A stretch of 64,000 nt of DNA from Eledone cirrhosa (GCA_964016885.1 OZ024740.1:161820001-161884000); one strand, 5' to 3'. Numbered from the stretch's first letter, positions 1-11,657 are shown. Notes: a model not told the origin generated them from the sequence alone. Program-made: numbers and translations.

Positions 1-147
1 AATATCGGAAGGAGACCTTACTTTTGGGATTGCCCTCGTACATATGTACATGTGTATATACATATTTACACACTTTTGGATGGCCGTTGACTCTTATGAG
101 TTCTTCCGCCCTTTGTATAATAATATAATATATACACACGTACATAG

Positions 148-190
<43 letters not shown>

Positions 191-194
<4 letters not shown>

Positions 195-906
195 AGTTAA
201 TATAAATTAATATATTTGATAAACACAAATACCAACATATCCATGTTTGTATTGTAAAGGACTAAGTTAGCTAGATTGAAAAATATTAATTATAATAATA
301 CAGTTTGCCTGTCTCGATTTAAAATAATAAATCAGTAAAAACAAAGTATATTGGCAAATTGGTGCTTGGACAAATTTAAATTTCAAAATCAAACCTATTC
401 CGTAGACAGGTTTAAACCTTAAAATCCAAATAAGTTTCGAAAAATGAAAGTGAAAGAATACCGCATTTCCATCTCCTCAGCAAGCACCAGAAAAATTGGT
501 ATGTTTCACTTCAAAATATTTAAAAAGACTGTTTAACGCACATGCTATTTCACACATGGCCATCCAGTGTCTAGCTACCTCATACTCGTGCTGCTAGAAA
601 TAACAGCCGTTTATATGGGGTTAAGTTTAGCTCTACGTAAGGAGCAGTGATACTATTAATAATGAGTTCACTTTCATTAAACCAGTCTACGGAACAGGTT
701 TGATTTTGAAATTTAAATTTGTCCAAGCACCACGGCCATTTGCCAATATACTTTGTTTTTATTGATTTATTATTTTAAATCGAGACAGGCAAACTGTATT
801 ATTATAATTAGTATTTTTCAATCTAGCTAACTTAGTCCTTTACAATACAAACATGGATATGTTGGTATTTGTGTTTATCAAATATATTAATTTATATTAA
901 CTTGTA
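191..906. repeat. Inverted repeat, ~225-bp arms (191-415 / 677-906) with ~260-bp spacer, between (TA)n tracts
   Basis: Arms are reverse complements with a few mismatches and one small indel; same layout as the PLE-type fold-back modules elsewhere; no complete HHR found. Confidence 0.85.
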
Positions 907-985
907 TTACACGGCTCAGAAATACTTCTTTCTTTGAGCTATTTCATTGTAAAGGACTACCTGAGATTTGAACTCATTATTAATA

Positions 986-1059
<74 letters not shown>

Positions 1060-1063
<4 letters not shown>

Positions 1064-1699
1064 AATAATAATAAAATTGAAGACTAAAATCCAAAGAGGG
1101 CTCGATAAGGAAAATATATATCAAATATATAAGAACCGTAGAGCAAATATTTATTAAAATAACAGATTAAAGTTTAAGCAAAGAATCGCTGCTTTCACCC
1201 TTAACGGGATCTTCTGAAACTAACAAAGTCAATCTGTAAACGCAACCATAAACGTGGTTTTGTCTTTGCGCGTAATTGTTTTTCACCGCTCCTATTAATT
1301 GTTTCTACTTTTGGCACAAGGCCAGCAATTACCCAGTGTATTACTGGTACTTTATTTTATCGACCCCATAAGGATGAAAGGCAAAGTTAACCTCGGCGGG
1401 ATTTGAACTCAGAATGGCAAGGGCCGTAACTCTATGCGTCAAAGCATGGCGTCCGACCCTCTACCGATACTGCCAATCCACTGGCTCCTATTAATGACGT
1501 ATTATTCGTTTTTTCCCGTTCTTTGCCAGCGAACGTTTCCACGAACCAAAGTATCGTCTTCCTGTCTTCCTCCGGTTGCAACGTTTTTTGAAATATCCAG
1601 TTCTGCGTTTACAGATTGACTTTGTTAGTTTCAGAAGATCCCGTTAAGGGTGAAAGCAGCGATTCTTTGCTTAAACTTTAATCTGTTATTTTAATAAAT
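1060..1699. mobile_element. PLE-like fold-back module (family B), inverted arms 1149-1244 / 1604-1699, interrupted by a SINE
   Basis: 96-bp inverted arms; related copies at ~55326-55475 and ~63880-64000; degenerate HHR-like CAGAAGA-TCCCGTTAAGGGT-GAAA followed by AATAAA. Confidence 0.6.
1299..1485 (-). mobile_element. tRNA-derived SINE, family S1
   Basis: Minus strand shows A-box-like TGGCAGTATCGG, B-box GAGTTCAAATCC, central GCCTTTCATCCT..GGGGTCGATAAAATAAAGTACCAG, tail GTAGAAACAAT; flanked by duplicated CTATTAAT. Confidence 0.9.
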
Positions 1700-1770
1700 T
1701 AATATATATATTATATATATATTTAGTGACGAAACATAAGTCAATTGCATGAACTCATAATCCTTTATTT

Positions 1771-1826
1771 ACTGCTATATATATTTCGATGATAACCATT
1801 GAATGGCTATGACCTTATCAGGCAGT
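1771..1826 (-). ncRNA. Type I hammerhead ribozyme motif, G8A (probably inactive)
   Basis: ACTGC-CTGATAA-[GGTCATAGCCAT TCA ATGGTTATCATC]-GAAA-TATATA-TA-GCAGT, then AATAAA; stems I and II pair. Confidence 0.7.
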
Positions 1827-2199
1827 TAGTCAGTTCTTAGATATGCCAGCTCTGTGTTTATAGTGTTGATGGTTTCAGAGCCTTGGGACATATGTATTAT
1901 ATATATATTTATATATACACACACCACACACATGTGTGTATATAAACGCATAAACACAGACACACATACATATATATGCGTGTAATCACAAACGTCCGCG
2001 CGCAATCTCTTTTTTCCAATACTCTACTCTACTTAACCCTTTAACTCTTGTATTTCATTTTTACAACTTTTCTTTTTACAAAAGATTTTAGTTTTTCTTA
2101 GATTCCTTGAATCTATTTTAAATCCATTCGTTGAAAGATTTACGATTGAAGTTATCTCTCCTTCAATTTTCTCACCGTCCGCTGCATATATATATATAT

Positions 2200-2373
<174 letters not shown>

Positions 2374-4623
2374 ATAACTTAGGAAAATCAACAAAGAGAG
2401 AACAAGACAGTGAACGAAAGCAAGGCAAAACGAAAAACAATTTATTTAAGGGAAAATACAAAGGAAAGACACAGAATTCCAGGATCATCGGTCGTTGAGA
2501 TGGACTTTGGCACTTTTGACCCCTACCATCGGTACTGCTTCTCCACCCGAGGTCACAACGTTTGACACAAGTCAAAGCTTTCTCCTATGGAGTAAGAGAC
2601 GAGACAAAATAGCAGCTTATAGTAAAAAATATATAACAAGTAAACATAGAATTTCACGTGATGACACTTTTCAATCGGTTAACTATGCACTTTCGAGGAT
2701 ATCATACACTTTCAGATTCTTGTATCTGCCCCTCCTAATTAACAGAATTCGTGAACCGATAAAGAGGAAATCTCTACGCAGTAGGAGTCAAAATGAGGAA
2801 GCTTCTGCATGATCTATTTAACCAAAAAGAAATAGCAATCAAACTTTTGTTAAATCACACCCTCCAAATTATTTTTTACTCAGTGAAAGCAGGAATATAG
2901 TACCTATGGCTTTTATGCGACTAGAGAGAGGAAAAACGCTAATTATTCATATAGAAGAGATCAAATTCCAACTGGCTATAATAGAGTGTATTCTGCTAAA
3001 GGCATTCATGAGTCAGATGGTGGCATTAAAAAAGAGTACATACTACTCGATGCCTAAAATGTTAGTGGTGATTCGACAATTCATTAATAATTATATGACT
3101 GAAATGAATAAAATTGTCTGTATTCCTTCGTTAATCATTAAGATAAGCGACTAAAATATACAACTTTATTGTAGTGTTACGTGTTATTTTCCTATGTAGA
3201 TAGGGGTTTCTCCTTGAAACCTGATAACTATAATCAAATACTAACCTTTTCGTTAGCATTTTTAAAAGGAAAAAACTACCAAGATTGTCTTTGGAGCATA
3301 ACTTAACAAATTTTCTTACATAAAATTATGATGAAAGGTTTTTAGGTAAATATAAACAATTTGAAAGAAACAGTTTTCTATTAGGTGTCAGGCAGTTTGG
3401 TATGAAACAGGTTTTCTACAGGCAAAGACAGGTTTAATAAACGTTTCAAGCTCTTCAGTAAAAACTGATTCATGTTCAGTAGTCAGAATGTTGCTTATTT
3501 CCTTTTTTTCAAGGATTAATTAATGGAGGGTGAATAAAACCGATGATCATTTGTATAGTCTTCGAGTCTAATGGGGAAAGAAAACAAGAAACTGCAAATC
3601 ATTGGTCGCCTGTAGTGAGAAGCAGCTCATCAATATATCAGGTTATTTTCAGACCTGGGACCTGGCCTGAATTCTTGCCTCAGAGTAGATAGCCTCCGCT
3701 AACGATACCCAATGACCAGATGTTGTATCCAATAAGGAACTGAACGCATCGAATACAAACCGATTTTCATTATATTCGTGAAATTGCAATACTCGGTTAG
3801 AAGGTTGTAACTAGAATTCCATTACTTACAGTGAATGCCAGCCAATTAAAAGGATACTTTTAAAACGATTGTATGAAATGTCTACGATTTTGAAACATTT
3901 GCCAATAAAGGCTAGGTTTTCTAAACGGATTGTTAAATGTCAGAAAATTGTGATTAATGGCATCATTACAATGAGAAACTCCAAGACATGCTGATGTTGA
4001 ATTAAGATAGATTCTCAAAGAGATAAAAAGAAATAGTTTTTTTTTTTGTTACCCAGCTGTTAGATACTGTTAAAAGTGTCAAATGTGTGTTTGCATTATC
4101 GTTGAAGTACATCTGGATAGCGTTTTAGTTCGAAAAACGTATTGCTTAAAACAATCCGAACTTATTGTCTGAAACATGGCTTCAGCATTTTGAACAAAGT
4201 TGAAAGAAAGTAAAATAAAACAAAAGGGTTACAGACGAACTAGAAAAGAAAATAAAGTTGGTAAGTGCAGAAGAGTGCGTGAGAAGAGAGAAGAAAAAAT
4301 CAAAAATAAATATATACGAATATAAATATAAATATATACTCCGCTCTGCCAACTAAGCTATCACAAGTAAATAACAGAAATTAAATAAAATGAAATAAAT
4401 ATAGAAATAATAAAAATGAAAAGAGTGAAAATAAAATTAAAACAACAACTAAAAAGAAATTATAAATTAATAGAGGACGGGGTAAATAAAAGCATCTATG
4501 TAAAATGACAAAATAGAAGACAGGCAGAAAAGGCGATCTGTAGAAATTCTTTCATAGTGAAAAATCTACATAAAATATTTTTATTGGCTTATCGTGTATA
4601 TATGTATATATATATGCATATGC

Positions 4624-4663
<40 letters not shown>

Positions 4664-4664
4664 T

Positions 4665-4707
<43 letters not shown>

Positions 4708-4949
4708 ATATATATATATATATATATATATATGCATATGCATATATATATGTGGAGGGGGGGGGGTTATGTATGTATGTATATATATATATGTGCGTGT
4801 GTGTGTGTGAGTGTGTGTGTGCGTGTTTTCTTGAAATCTGTTCTTCTTTTATCTGTTACAGACACCCGGCTGAGGCGATATATGTGTATAGGTGAGAGAG
4901 ATTTAAAAGAATAGAAGTCAGTGTTGCAGCAAATGTACAAACTTTATTT

Positions 4950-5038
4950 GCATATTACAATCATTTCGATATAGATCAGCTAAGGGGAAAATCAAGGTGA
5001 CGGGACCCGACTCATTTTCGACATCTCGTCAGATATGC
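4950..5038 (-). ncRNA. Type I hammerhead ribozyme with long loop II insert
   Basis: GCATAT-CTGACGA-GATGT...ATATC-GAAA-TGATTG-TA-ATATGC-AAATAAA; within repeat 4826-5050 that recurs at 9580-9805. Confidence 0.75.
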
Positions 5039-5081
5039 GAGTTTATATGTGCAAAGATACATCTAAACTCAGTTTAGATAT

Positions 5082-5125
<44 letters not shown>

Positions 5126-5367
5126 TACATACATACATCTATGTAGATATATATACATATATATATATACACATATACACACACATACATACATATATAC
5201 ATACATACATATATACACATATATATATACATATATATATATCTGAGTTTTTCGAATATTAATAATAACATTCGATTCGTTTGCAATTATGCAAACAAGC
5301 CTCATTTTTAAAGCCATGTCAGTCGAATGAACCCTTCATTCTTTCTCTTGTGTTGGCATGTAAACAG

Positions 5368-5415
5368 AACTGCAGACACTAATGTTTCTGGGTATTACCC
5401 TTCATCAGTACAGCT
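5368..5415 (-). ncRNA. Type I hammerhead ribozyme (family D), intact core
   Basis: AGCTGTA-CTGATGA-A GGGT AAT ACCC A-GAAA-CATTAGTG-TC-TGCAGTT; GUC cleavage triplet. Confidence 0.85.
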
Positions 5416-5684
5416 CACTGTTCACCTGCCAACTGTCAGAGCTAGTGAAAATATATGCTATTTTCAAAAATAAACAGTGACTGATCGGCCTGATTTGCAT
5501 ATTAGCAGACTGGCTGATCAGTCAGATCTGCATATTAACATATCCACTGATCAGTCATATTTGCATATCAGCAGACTGGCCAGTCAGTTTCCTGTATACG
5601 AGCGATAAATGGCCGGCTTTGCCAAATTCAAATAAAAAAGAAAATTTCGCTCTACATGACTGAATACAATAAATGTAATCTGAA

Positions 5685-5872
5685 TTGTTTCTACTATTGG
5701 CACAAAGCCAGCAATTAACCAGTACATTACTGGTACTTTATTTTATCGACCCCGTAAGGATGAAAGGCAAAGTTAACCTCGGCAGGATTTTAACTCAGAA
5801 TGGCAAGACACATAACTCTATGCGTCAAAGCATGGCGTCCGACCCTCTACCGATACTGCCAATTCAGCGCCT
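5685..5872 (-). mobile_element. SINE S1
   Basis: Near full-length match to 1299-1485. Confidence 0.9.
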
Positions 5873-5887
5873 TTTTCGGATATTAAT

Positions 5888-6076
5888 AATTGTTTTTACT
5901 TTAGGCACAAGGCCATCAATTACCCAGTGCATTACTGGTACTATATTTTATCGACCCCGTAAGGATGAAAGGCAAAGTCAACCTCGGCGGGATTTGAACT
6001 CAGATCGTAAAGGGACGTAACTATGCTGGAAAGCATGGCGTCCGACTCTCCACCGATACTGCCAATCCACCGCCCT
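5888..6076 (-). mobile_element. SINE S1 with ~18-bp TSD
   Basis: Full-length copy; TTTTCGGATATTAATAAT duplicated on both sides. Confidence 0.9.
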
Positions 6077-6138
6077 TTTCGGATATTAATAATAACATTC
6101 AATCCGTTTGCAATTGTGCAAACAAGCCTCAATTTTAT

Positions 6139-6186
6139 AGCTGTACTGATGAAAGGTGATACCCAGAAACATTAGTGTCTGCAGTT
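6139..6186 (+). ncRNA. Type I hammerhead ribozyme (family D)
   Basis: AGCTGTA-CTGATGA-AAGGTGATACCCA-GAAA-CATTAGTG-TC-TGCAGTT; one stem II mismatch; predicted cut after 6179. Confidence 0.8.
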
Positions 6187-6404
6187 CTGTTCGCATGCCA
6201 ACACAAGAACAAGAATGAGTGTTCATTCTACTGACATGGTTATAAAATTGAGGCTTGTTTGCATAATTGCAAACGAATCGAATGTTATTAATATTAGAAA
6301 AACTCAGATTACATTTATTGTATTCAGCCATGTAGAGCGAAATTTTCTTTTTTATTTGAATTTGGCAAAGCCGGCCATTTATCGCTCGTATGCAGGAAAC
6401 TGAC

Positions 6405-6505
6405 TGGCCAGTCTGATGATATGCAAATCTGGCTGATCAGTGGATCTGCTAATATGCAGATCTGACTGATCAGGCAGTCTGCTAACATGCAAATCAGGCC
6501 GATCA
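6405..6505 (+). promoter_or_regulatory. Three 33-bp subrepeats with octamer motifs (ATGCAAAT 6421, ATGCAGAT 6454, ATGCAAAT 6487)
   Basis: Motifs and 33-bp spacing seen directly; promoter role is inference. Confidence 0.4.
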
Positions 6506-6570
6506 GTCACTGTATTTTTGAAAATAGCATATATTTTCACTAGCTCTGACATGTTGGCAGGTGATCAGTG

Positions 6571-6618
6571 AGCTGTACTGATGAAGGGTGATACCCAGAA
6601 ACATTAGTGTCTGCAGTT
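6571..6618 (+). ncRNA. Type I hammerhead ribozyme (family D), intact
   Basis: AGCTGTA-CTGATGA-A GGGT GAT ACCC A-GAAA-CATTAGTG-TC-TGCAGTT; predicted cut after 6611. Confidence 0.87.
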
Positions 6619-6795
6619 CTGTTCGCATGCCAACACAAGAGCAAGAATGAAGTGTTCATTCTACTGACATGGCTATAAAATTGAGGGTTGTTTGCATAAT
6701 TGCAAACTAATCGAATGTTATTATTAATATTCGAAAAACTCAGATTACTTTTATTGTATTCAGCCATATAGAGCGATATATATATATATACATAC

Positions 6796-6880
<85 letters not shown>

Positions 6881-6923
6881 TAGGTAAATATACACGGGTG
6901 TGTATGATTGTGTATAGAAGATT

Positions 6924-7310
6924 ATATTAATAAGAGGAATTCCAACTTTGTCTGATTTACTCGTTTTATTTACAATCCTTTAAAATATATATAATATGGT
7001 ATTATAATGAAATAGTATGATAGAATATTAAATTCTAAGTGTTAATTGAACAAGTACTTTCATGCTTTCGCAATCTTCAGGTTCATGATATGTGGTGACA
7101 GTCGAGTTTGCAATTTTCAAGTTTGAATTGCAAACTCGACTGTCACCACATATCATGAACCTGAAGATTGCGAAAGCATGAAAGTACTTGTTCAATTAAC
7201 ACTTAGAATTTAATATTCTATCATACTATTTCATTATAATACCATATTATATATATTTTAAAGGATTGTAAATAAAACGAGTAAATCAGACAAAGTTGGA
7301 ATTCCTCTTA

Positions 7311-7317
<7 letters not shown>
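6924..7317. mobile_element. Perfect palindrome (~190-bp arms, 10-bp spacer 7116-7125), PLE-type pLTR fold-back
   Basis: Arms appear identical by eye; one HHR per arm. Confidence 0.85.
7156..7194 (+). ncRNA. Minimal type I hammerhead ribozyme (mirror copy 7047-7085 on minus)
   Basis: TGAAC-CTGAAGA-T TGC GAAA GCA T-GAAA-GTAC-TT-GTTCA; palindromic stem III. Confidence 0.8.
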
Positions 7318-7357
<40 letters not shown>

Positions 7358-7615
7358 GTATACACAAATACATACACATACATATTCATATACATACATA
7401 TACATAAACAAATACACACACACATACATATATACACATACTTATATACATGCATTCAATGAAGTACGTTATACATGTGGAAAAATCAAATAGGTAAGAA
7501 GTACTTACATTACCATAGTGCCGTGAGGTGGGTCGAGATGGGGGTAGGGGTAGGGTGGAATGGAGGTGGGGGAGGGGGTTATTTTGACGAGTGGGTTTTT
7601 TTTTAAAGAAATCTT

Positions 7616-8590
7616 TTAGCCATCTGGCATCAACACTGGCTTAAGATATTTGAAAGCTGCAAAGTTTTTGTGCATGCAATTCGGGCAGTGTTCAGAGAGT
7701 TTGTTCAGTATTGGGCCGTTGGCAAATAGTATTTCGTAGCTCTCTGAAATACAAAGGTCGCAGCACTTGGGTCCTCCCTTGTATGAGCGCTCATTCTGGA
7801 GTATTTTCCATTTAAGCGTGAAAGGGGTGGAATTTCTTTTGAGGTCCCAGACATAGGAGGCAAGTGTTGTCAGATTTGATTTGTCCGGTCTTCTGAAAGA
7901 GTGGGTATGGGCATACCACCGGGTCTTAAAATTGTTGCAAGTCATACCGATGTAAGTCTTTTTGTTGTTGTCATCAGTGCTTGAGATGACATCACATTTG
8001 TATACGATGTCATTTGTCAGGCATTTGTTTTCGAGTGAGCAGGCTTCCTTATTTTGGCAGTTGCACAAAGCTCCCGTCAGGGGATTAGGTTCGGAGGTAG
8101 TAGGCTTATTTCATTTTGTAATGTTGAGAGTGGTTATATTCCTAGCTAGGTTAGGTGTAGTGGAGTAGGAGAGTCTTATTATATTCTCATTAAAGATAGT
8201 GTAGTACCTATGCTGTGTGGGGAAGTGTATGTTCAGCAATTTGAAGAAAGTCCTAGCTTTAGGTGTAGAAACCTCTCTAATCCTCAACTAATCTGCCTAT
8301 GCCTATTTCTCCTAGGTAGTCTTGGGGTGGTTTCTAGATAAATCTGCTGCGGGCGAGTGCGTCGTTGTAGTAAGAGGAAGAGGCGCTAAAGATATCTTCA
8401 TTGACTGAGAGACCGGAGATTCTGAGTGAGACGCTTTTAACTAAGTTATCTGTGATGTTTTGGGCGTGGCTAGAATTAACATTTATATATCTGAGGGACA
8501 CGTTAGGTTTGTGGCACGGGTAATAGAGGGAAGTATCTAAGTCAAGTGTGGCATCTAAAAAGTTGGCCCTAGTTATATTAGATTCTATGG
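7616..8590 (-). pseudogene. Penelope-like element ORF remnant: RT C-terminal region plus GIY-YIG endonuclease
   Basis: ORF 7616-8068 has CNC..CSL..KC, IVYKC..TYIGMT..FKTRW..H, CDLCISE..LNK..CMH; upstream frame reads [34 protein letters not shown]; disrupted between. Confidence 0.88.
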
Positions 8591-8622
8591 TTATTCTAAA
8601 TCCTAGATTACGTGTGTATATC

Positions 8623-8662
<40 letters not shown>

Positions 8663-8833
8663 TTATACAAATATATACACATATATATACAGTATATGTA
8701 TATATATATGTATATGTTTATATATATATATATGTGTGTGTGTATATGTGTATATATATGTATATGTATGTATATATGTGTATATATATATATATATTTA
8801 TATAAATATATACACATATATATACAGTATATG

Positions 8834-8888
<55 letters not shown>

Positions 8889-8895
8889 GTATATG

Positions 8896-8956
<61 letters not shown>

Positions 8957-8971
8957 GCATATATATATATA

Positions 8972-9033
<62 letters not shown>

Positions 9034-9304
9034 AATATACACGATAAGCCAATAAATATGTTTTTAGATTTTTCACTATGAAAGAATTTCTACAGATCGC
9101 CTTTTCTGCCTGTCTTCTATTTTTGTCATTTTACATAGATGCTTTTATTTACCCCGTCCTCTATTAATTTATAATTTCTTTTTGGTTGTTGTTGTTTTAA
9201 TTTTATTTCACTTTTTCAATTTTATTTCACTTTTTTCATTTTTATTATTTCTATATTTATTTCATTTTATTTTATTTTTTTTTTTTAAATAATTTTATTA
9301 AATA

Positions 9305-9455
9305 ATTTTTTAATGTCCTTCCACCACTCTCTCACACACCCTCGGAACTCTCTTCCTACCCACTTTTCTCCTCATGAAGGGCTTATGCCCGAAACGTCGT
9401 CCCCCGACCCCTCACTCTCAAGCGTCCACGGTTTTTTGTTCTCTGTTTACTGTCT
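9305..9455 (+). mobile_element. HHR-like module (family C); inverted copy ~10022-10195
   Basis: CTCATGA-A GGGC TTAT GCCC-GAAA-CG-TC at 9371-9398; CTGATGA version on minus at ~10113-10142; stem I poorly paired. Confidence 0.55.
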
Positions 9456-9479
9456 CAACTTTAAAAAAATATATATATA

Positions 9480-9566
<87 letters not shown>

Positions 9567-9579
9567 GTGCGTGTGTGTG

Positions 9580-9925
9580 TATTCTTTAAATCTTTTCTTC
9601 TTTTATCTGTTCCAGACACCTAGATGAAGCCATATATGTGTATAGGTGAGAGAGAGATTTAAAAGAATAGAAGTCAGTGTTGCAGCAAATATACAAACTT
9701 TATTTGCTTATTACAATCATTTCGATACCGATCAGCTAAGGGAAAAATCAAGGTGACGGAACCCGACTCATTTTCGACATCTCGTCAAATATGCGAGTTT
9801 ATATGTTAGGTTTGTGGCACGGGTAATAGAGGGCAGTATCTAAGTCGAGATTCGCATATCTGATCGATATGCAAATAAAGTTTGTACATATGCTGCAACA
9901 CTGGCTTCGATTCTTTAAAATCTAT
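9580..9925. mobile_element. PLE fold-back: HHR 9706-9794 (minus, C3U), 42-bp RT fragment, inverted arm with HHR core deleted
   Basis: Direct repeat of 4826-5050; 9805-9846 matches 8502-8543 at 41/42. Confidence 0.75.
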
Positions 9926-9938
9926 TTACACATTGCAC

Positions 9939-10016
<78 letters not shown>

Positions 10017-10363
10017 TTTAATAAATAAACAGAGAACAAAAAACAGAAAAACGAAGAGGCAGTACAAATGATATTAGTATTAGTTTCTCACTTGAGAGTG
10101 TGGGGTGGGGGACGACGTTTCGGACATAAGCCCCTCATCAGGAGAAAAGAGTTCCGAGGGTGTGTGGGGTGGTGGTGGAAAGACATTTAAAAAGGGGGGG
10201 GGAGAAAAGGGATGAAAAACATTTTTTAGAGAGTGAAGGAAATTAAAAAAAATAAAAATAAAAATAAAAATAAAAATAAACAAGTGGTGAAATGGCGTGA
10301 GGCGTGTAGGGGTGGTGGTGGGTGGAGGGATATATATATATGCCTATTTATATATATATATAA

Positions 10364-10475
<112 letters not shown>

Positions 10476-10640
10476 AAGGTGAGTAATATTGTAGAACAAT
10501 AAAACTATGCATATATCAGATAAGTAGCACTCGACAGTTGGTAGAACTGTAGTATATATAAAGAAGAAATTAAAAGATGGTTTAAAAAGTTCCATGCGCA
10601 TTTCGAAAACAACATCATCCTGGGACAAAAATTGTGTTAT

Positions 10641-10775
10641 AGGCTTTGTAATTTATGTCTAGCTGAAAAATGTACCACTATCTCGAATTTCAACTCTCTA
10701 ATAAATAGACGTACGGACTTATTTGGTCTCTGTATTCATAAATCTTTCAAGACTTTTCACAAAGTATACAGCTAA
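10641..10775 (+). pseudogene. PLE GIY-YIG endonuclease C-terminal fragment
   Basis: Translates RLCNLCLAEKCTTISNFNSLINRRTDLFGLCIHKSFKTFHKVYS*, with the CxLCxxE..N....CxH pattern also at the end of ORF 7616-8068. Confidence 0.75.
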
Positions 10776-11657
10776 TGTCCTATAACTTATTCTACGAATA
10801 ACGGTTAATTTTTTACACATATATTTTTACATATATCTTTTCACACATTTTTTCTCACATATTTCATTATATTCTACAATGTATTAATCCCCTTTTCTCT
10901 GCATTATTAAGCCTTTCACCTTCTTTCTCTATTGACGTAAATGTTTCGCTCAAACCTTCGTAGATTTTGTAAACAATCTATGTCGTCATATGTCTTTCTA
11001 CGTTTATAAACCTTTCTAGCAATTTCCTTTATTTACTTGTTGATATAAAATAATAATCAAATACTATACCCCACATATATAAATTTTTAATTGTAATTTT
11101 TAATTTTGACATAGACTATTCTTATTTTTATTTGTTATCCTAATCTATCTTATTTTATTTTATTTTATTTTATTTTAAAAAAAAACTTCTTTTATAATTA
11201 TTATAATTATTTTTAATTTAATTTTTATTTTATTTTATTTATTTTTTTTAATTTTATTAATACATTTTTACACTTCTTAATCCAATTTTAAGTATTCAAA
11301 CTCAATATTAAATAATATACCCAATTTCTATATTCTAGACCACTAATATTTGTAATATTAGCACATTCACCTCATCAATTTATTTATTTATTTATATTAT
11401 GTTTTTAGCCGTTATTCACAGCTGTTTTTTCATTTTTGACAGCGTTCCCGATCAAAAGTCTCTCTCTCTCTCTCTTTCTCTTTCTCTCTCCTCCTTCTTT
11501 CTTTCTTTTTTCCTCTCTTCTATTTCTTTTTCCTTTTCCATCTTCTTTCCTTTTCTTCATTTTTCCTATTTTTTCTCTTCTCTTATATTTTTGTCATATG
11601 TTTGCTGAACACTTTCTTGTTCACAAGTGTTTTTAGGCCTCATATCATGTTACCTTA

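Larger units (their letters stand above)
5240..6776. mobile_element. Family D non-coding HHR element: minus arm (5240-6140, two SINEs inserted) joined to plus tandem arm (6139-6776); 432-nt unit
   Basis: Arms are reverse complements; plus arm repeats with ~432-437 nt period; three HHRs; further copy at 55655-56262. Confidence 0.85.

Noticed and set aside
455-490. CTGAGGA-GATG-GAAA on the minus strand
   Set aside because: No stem II or stem I pairing; not counted as a ribozyme
1299-1485. tRNA gene suggested by A and B boxes
   Set aside because: No cloverleaf; it is the head of a dispersed SINE with tail and TSD
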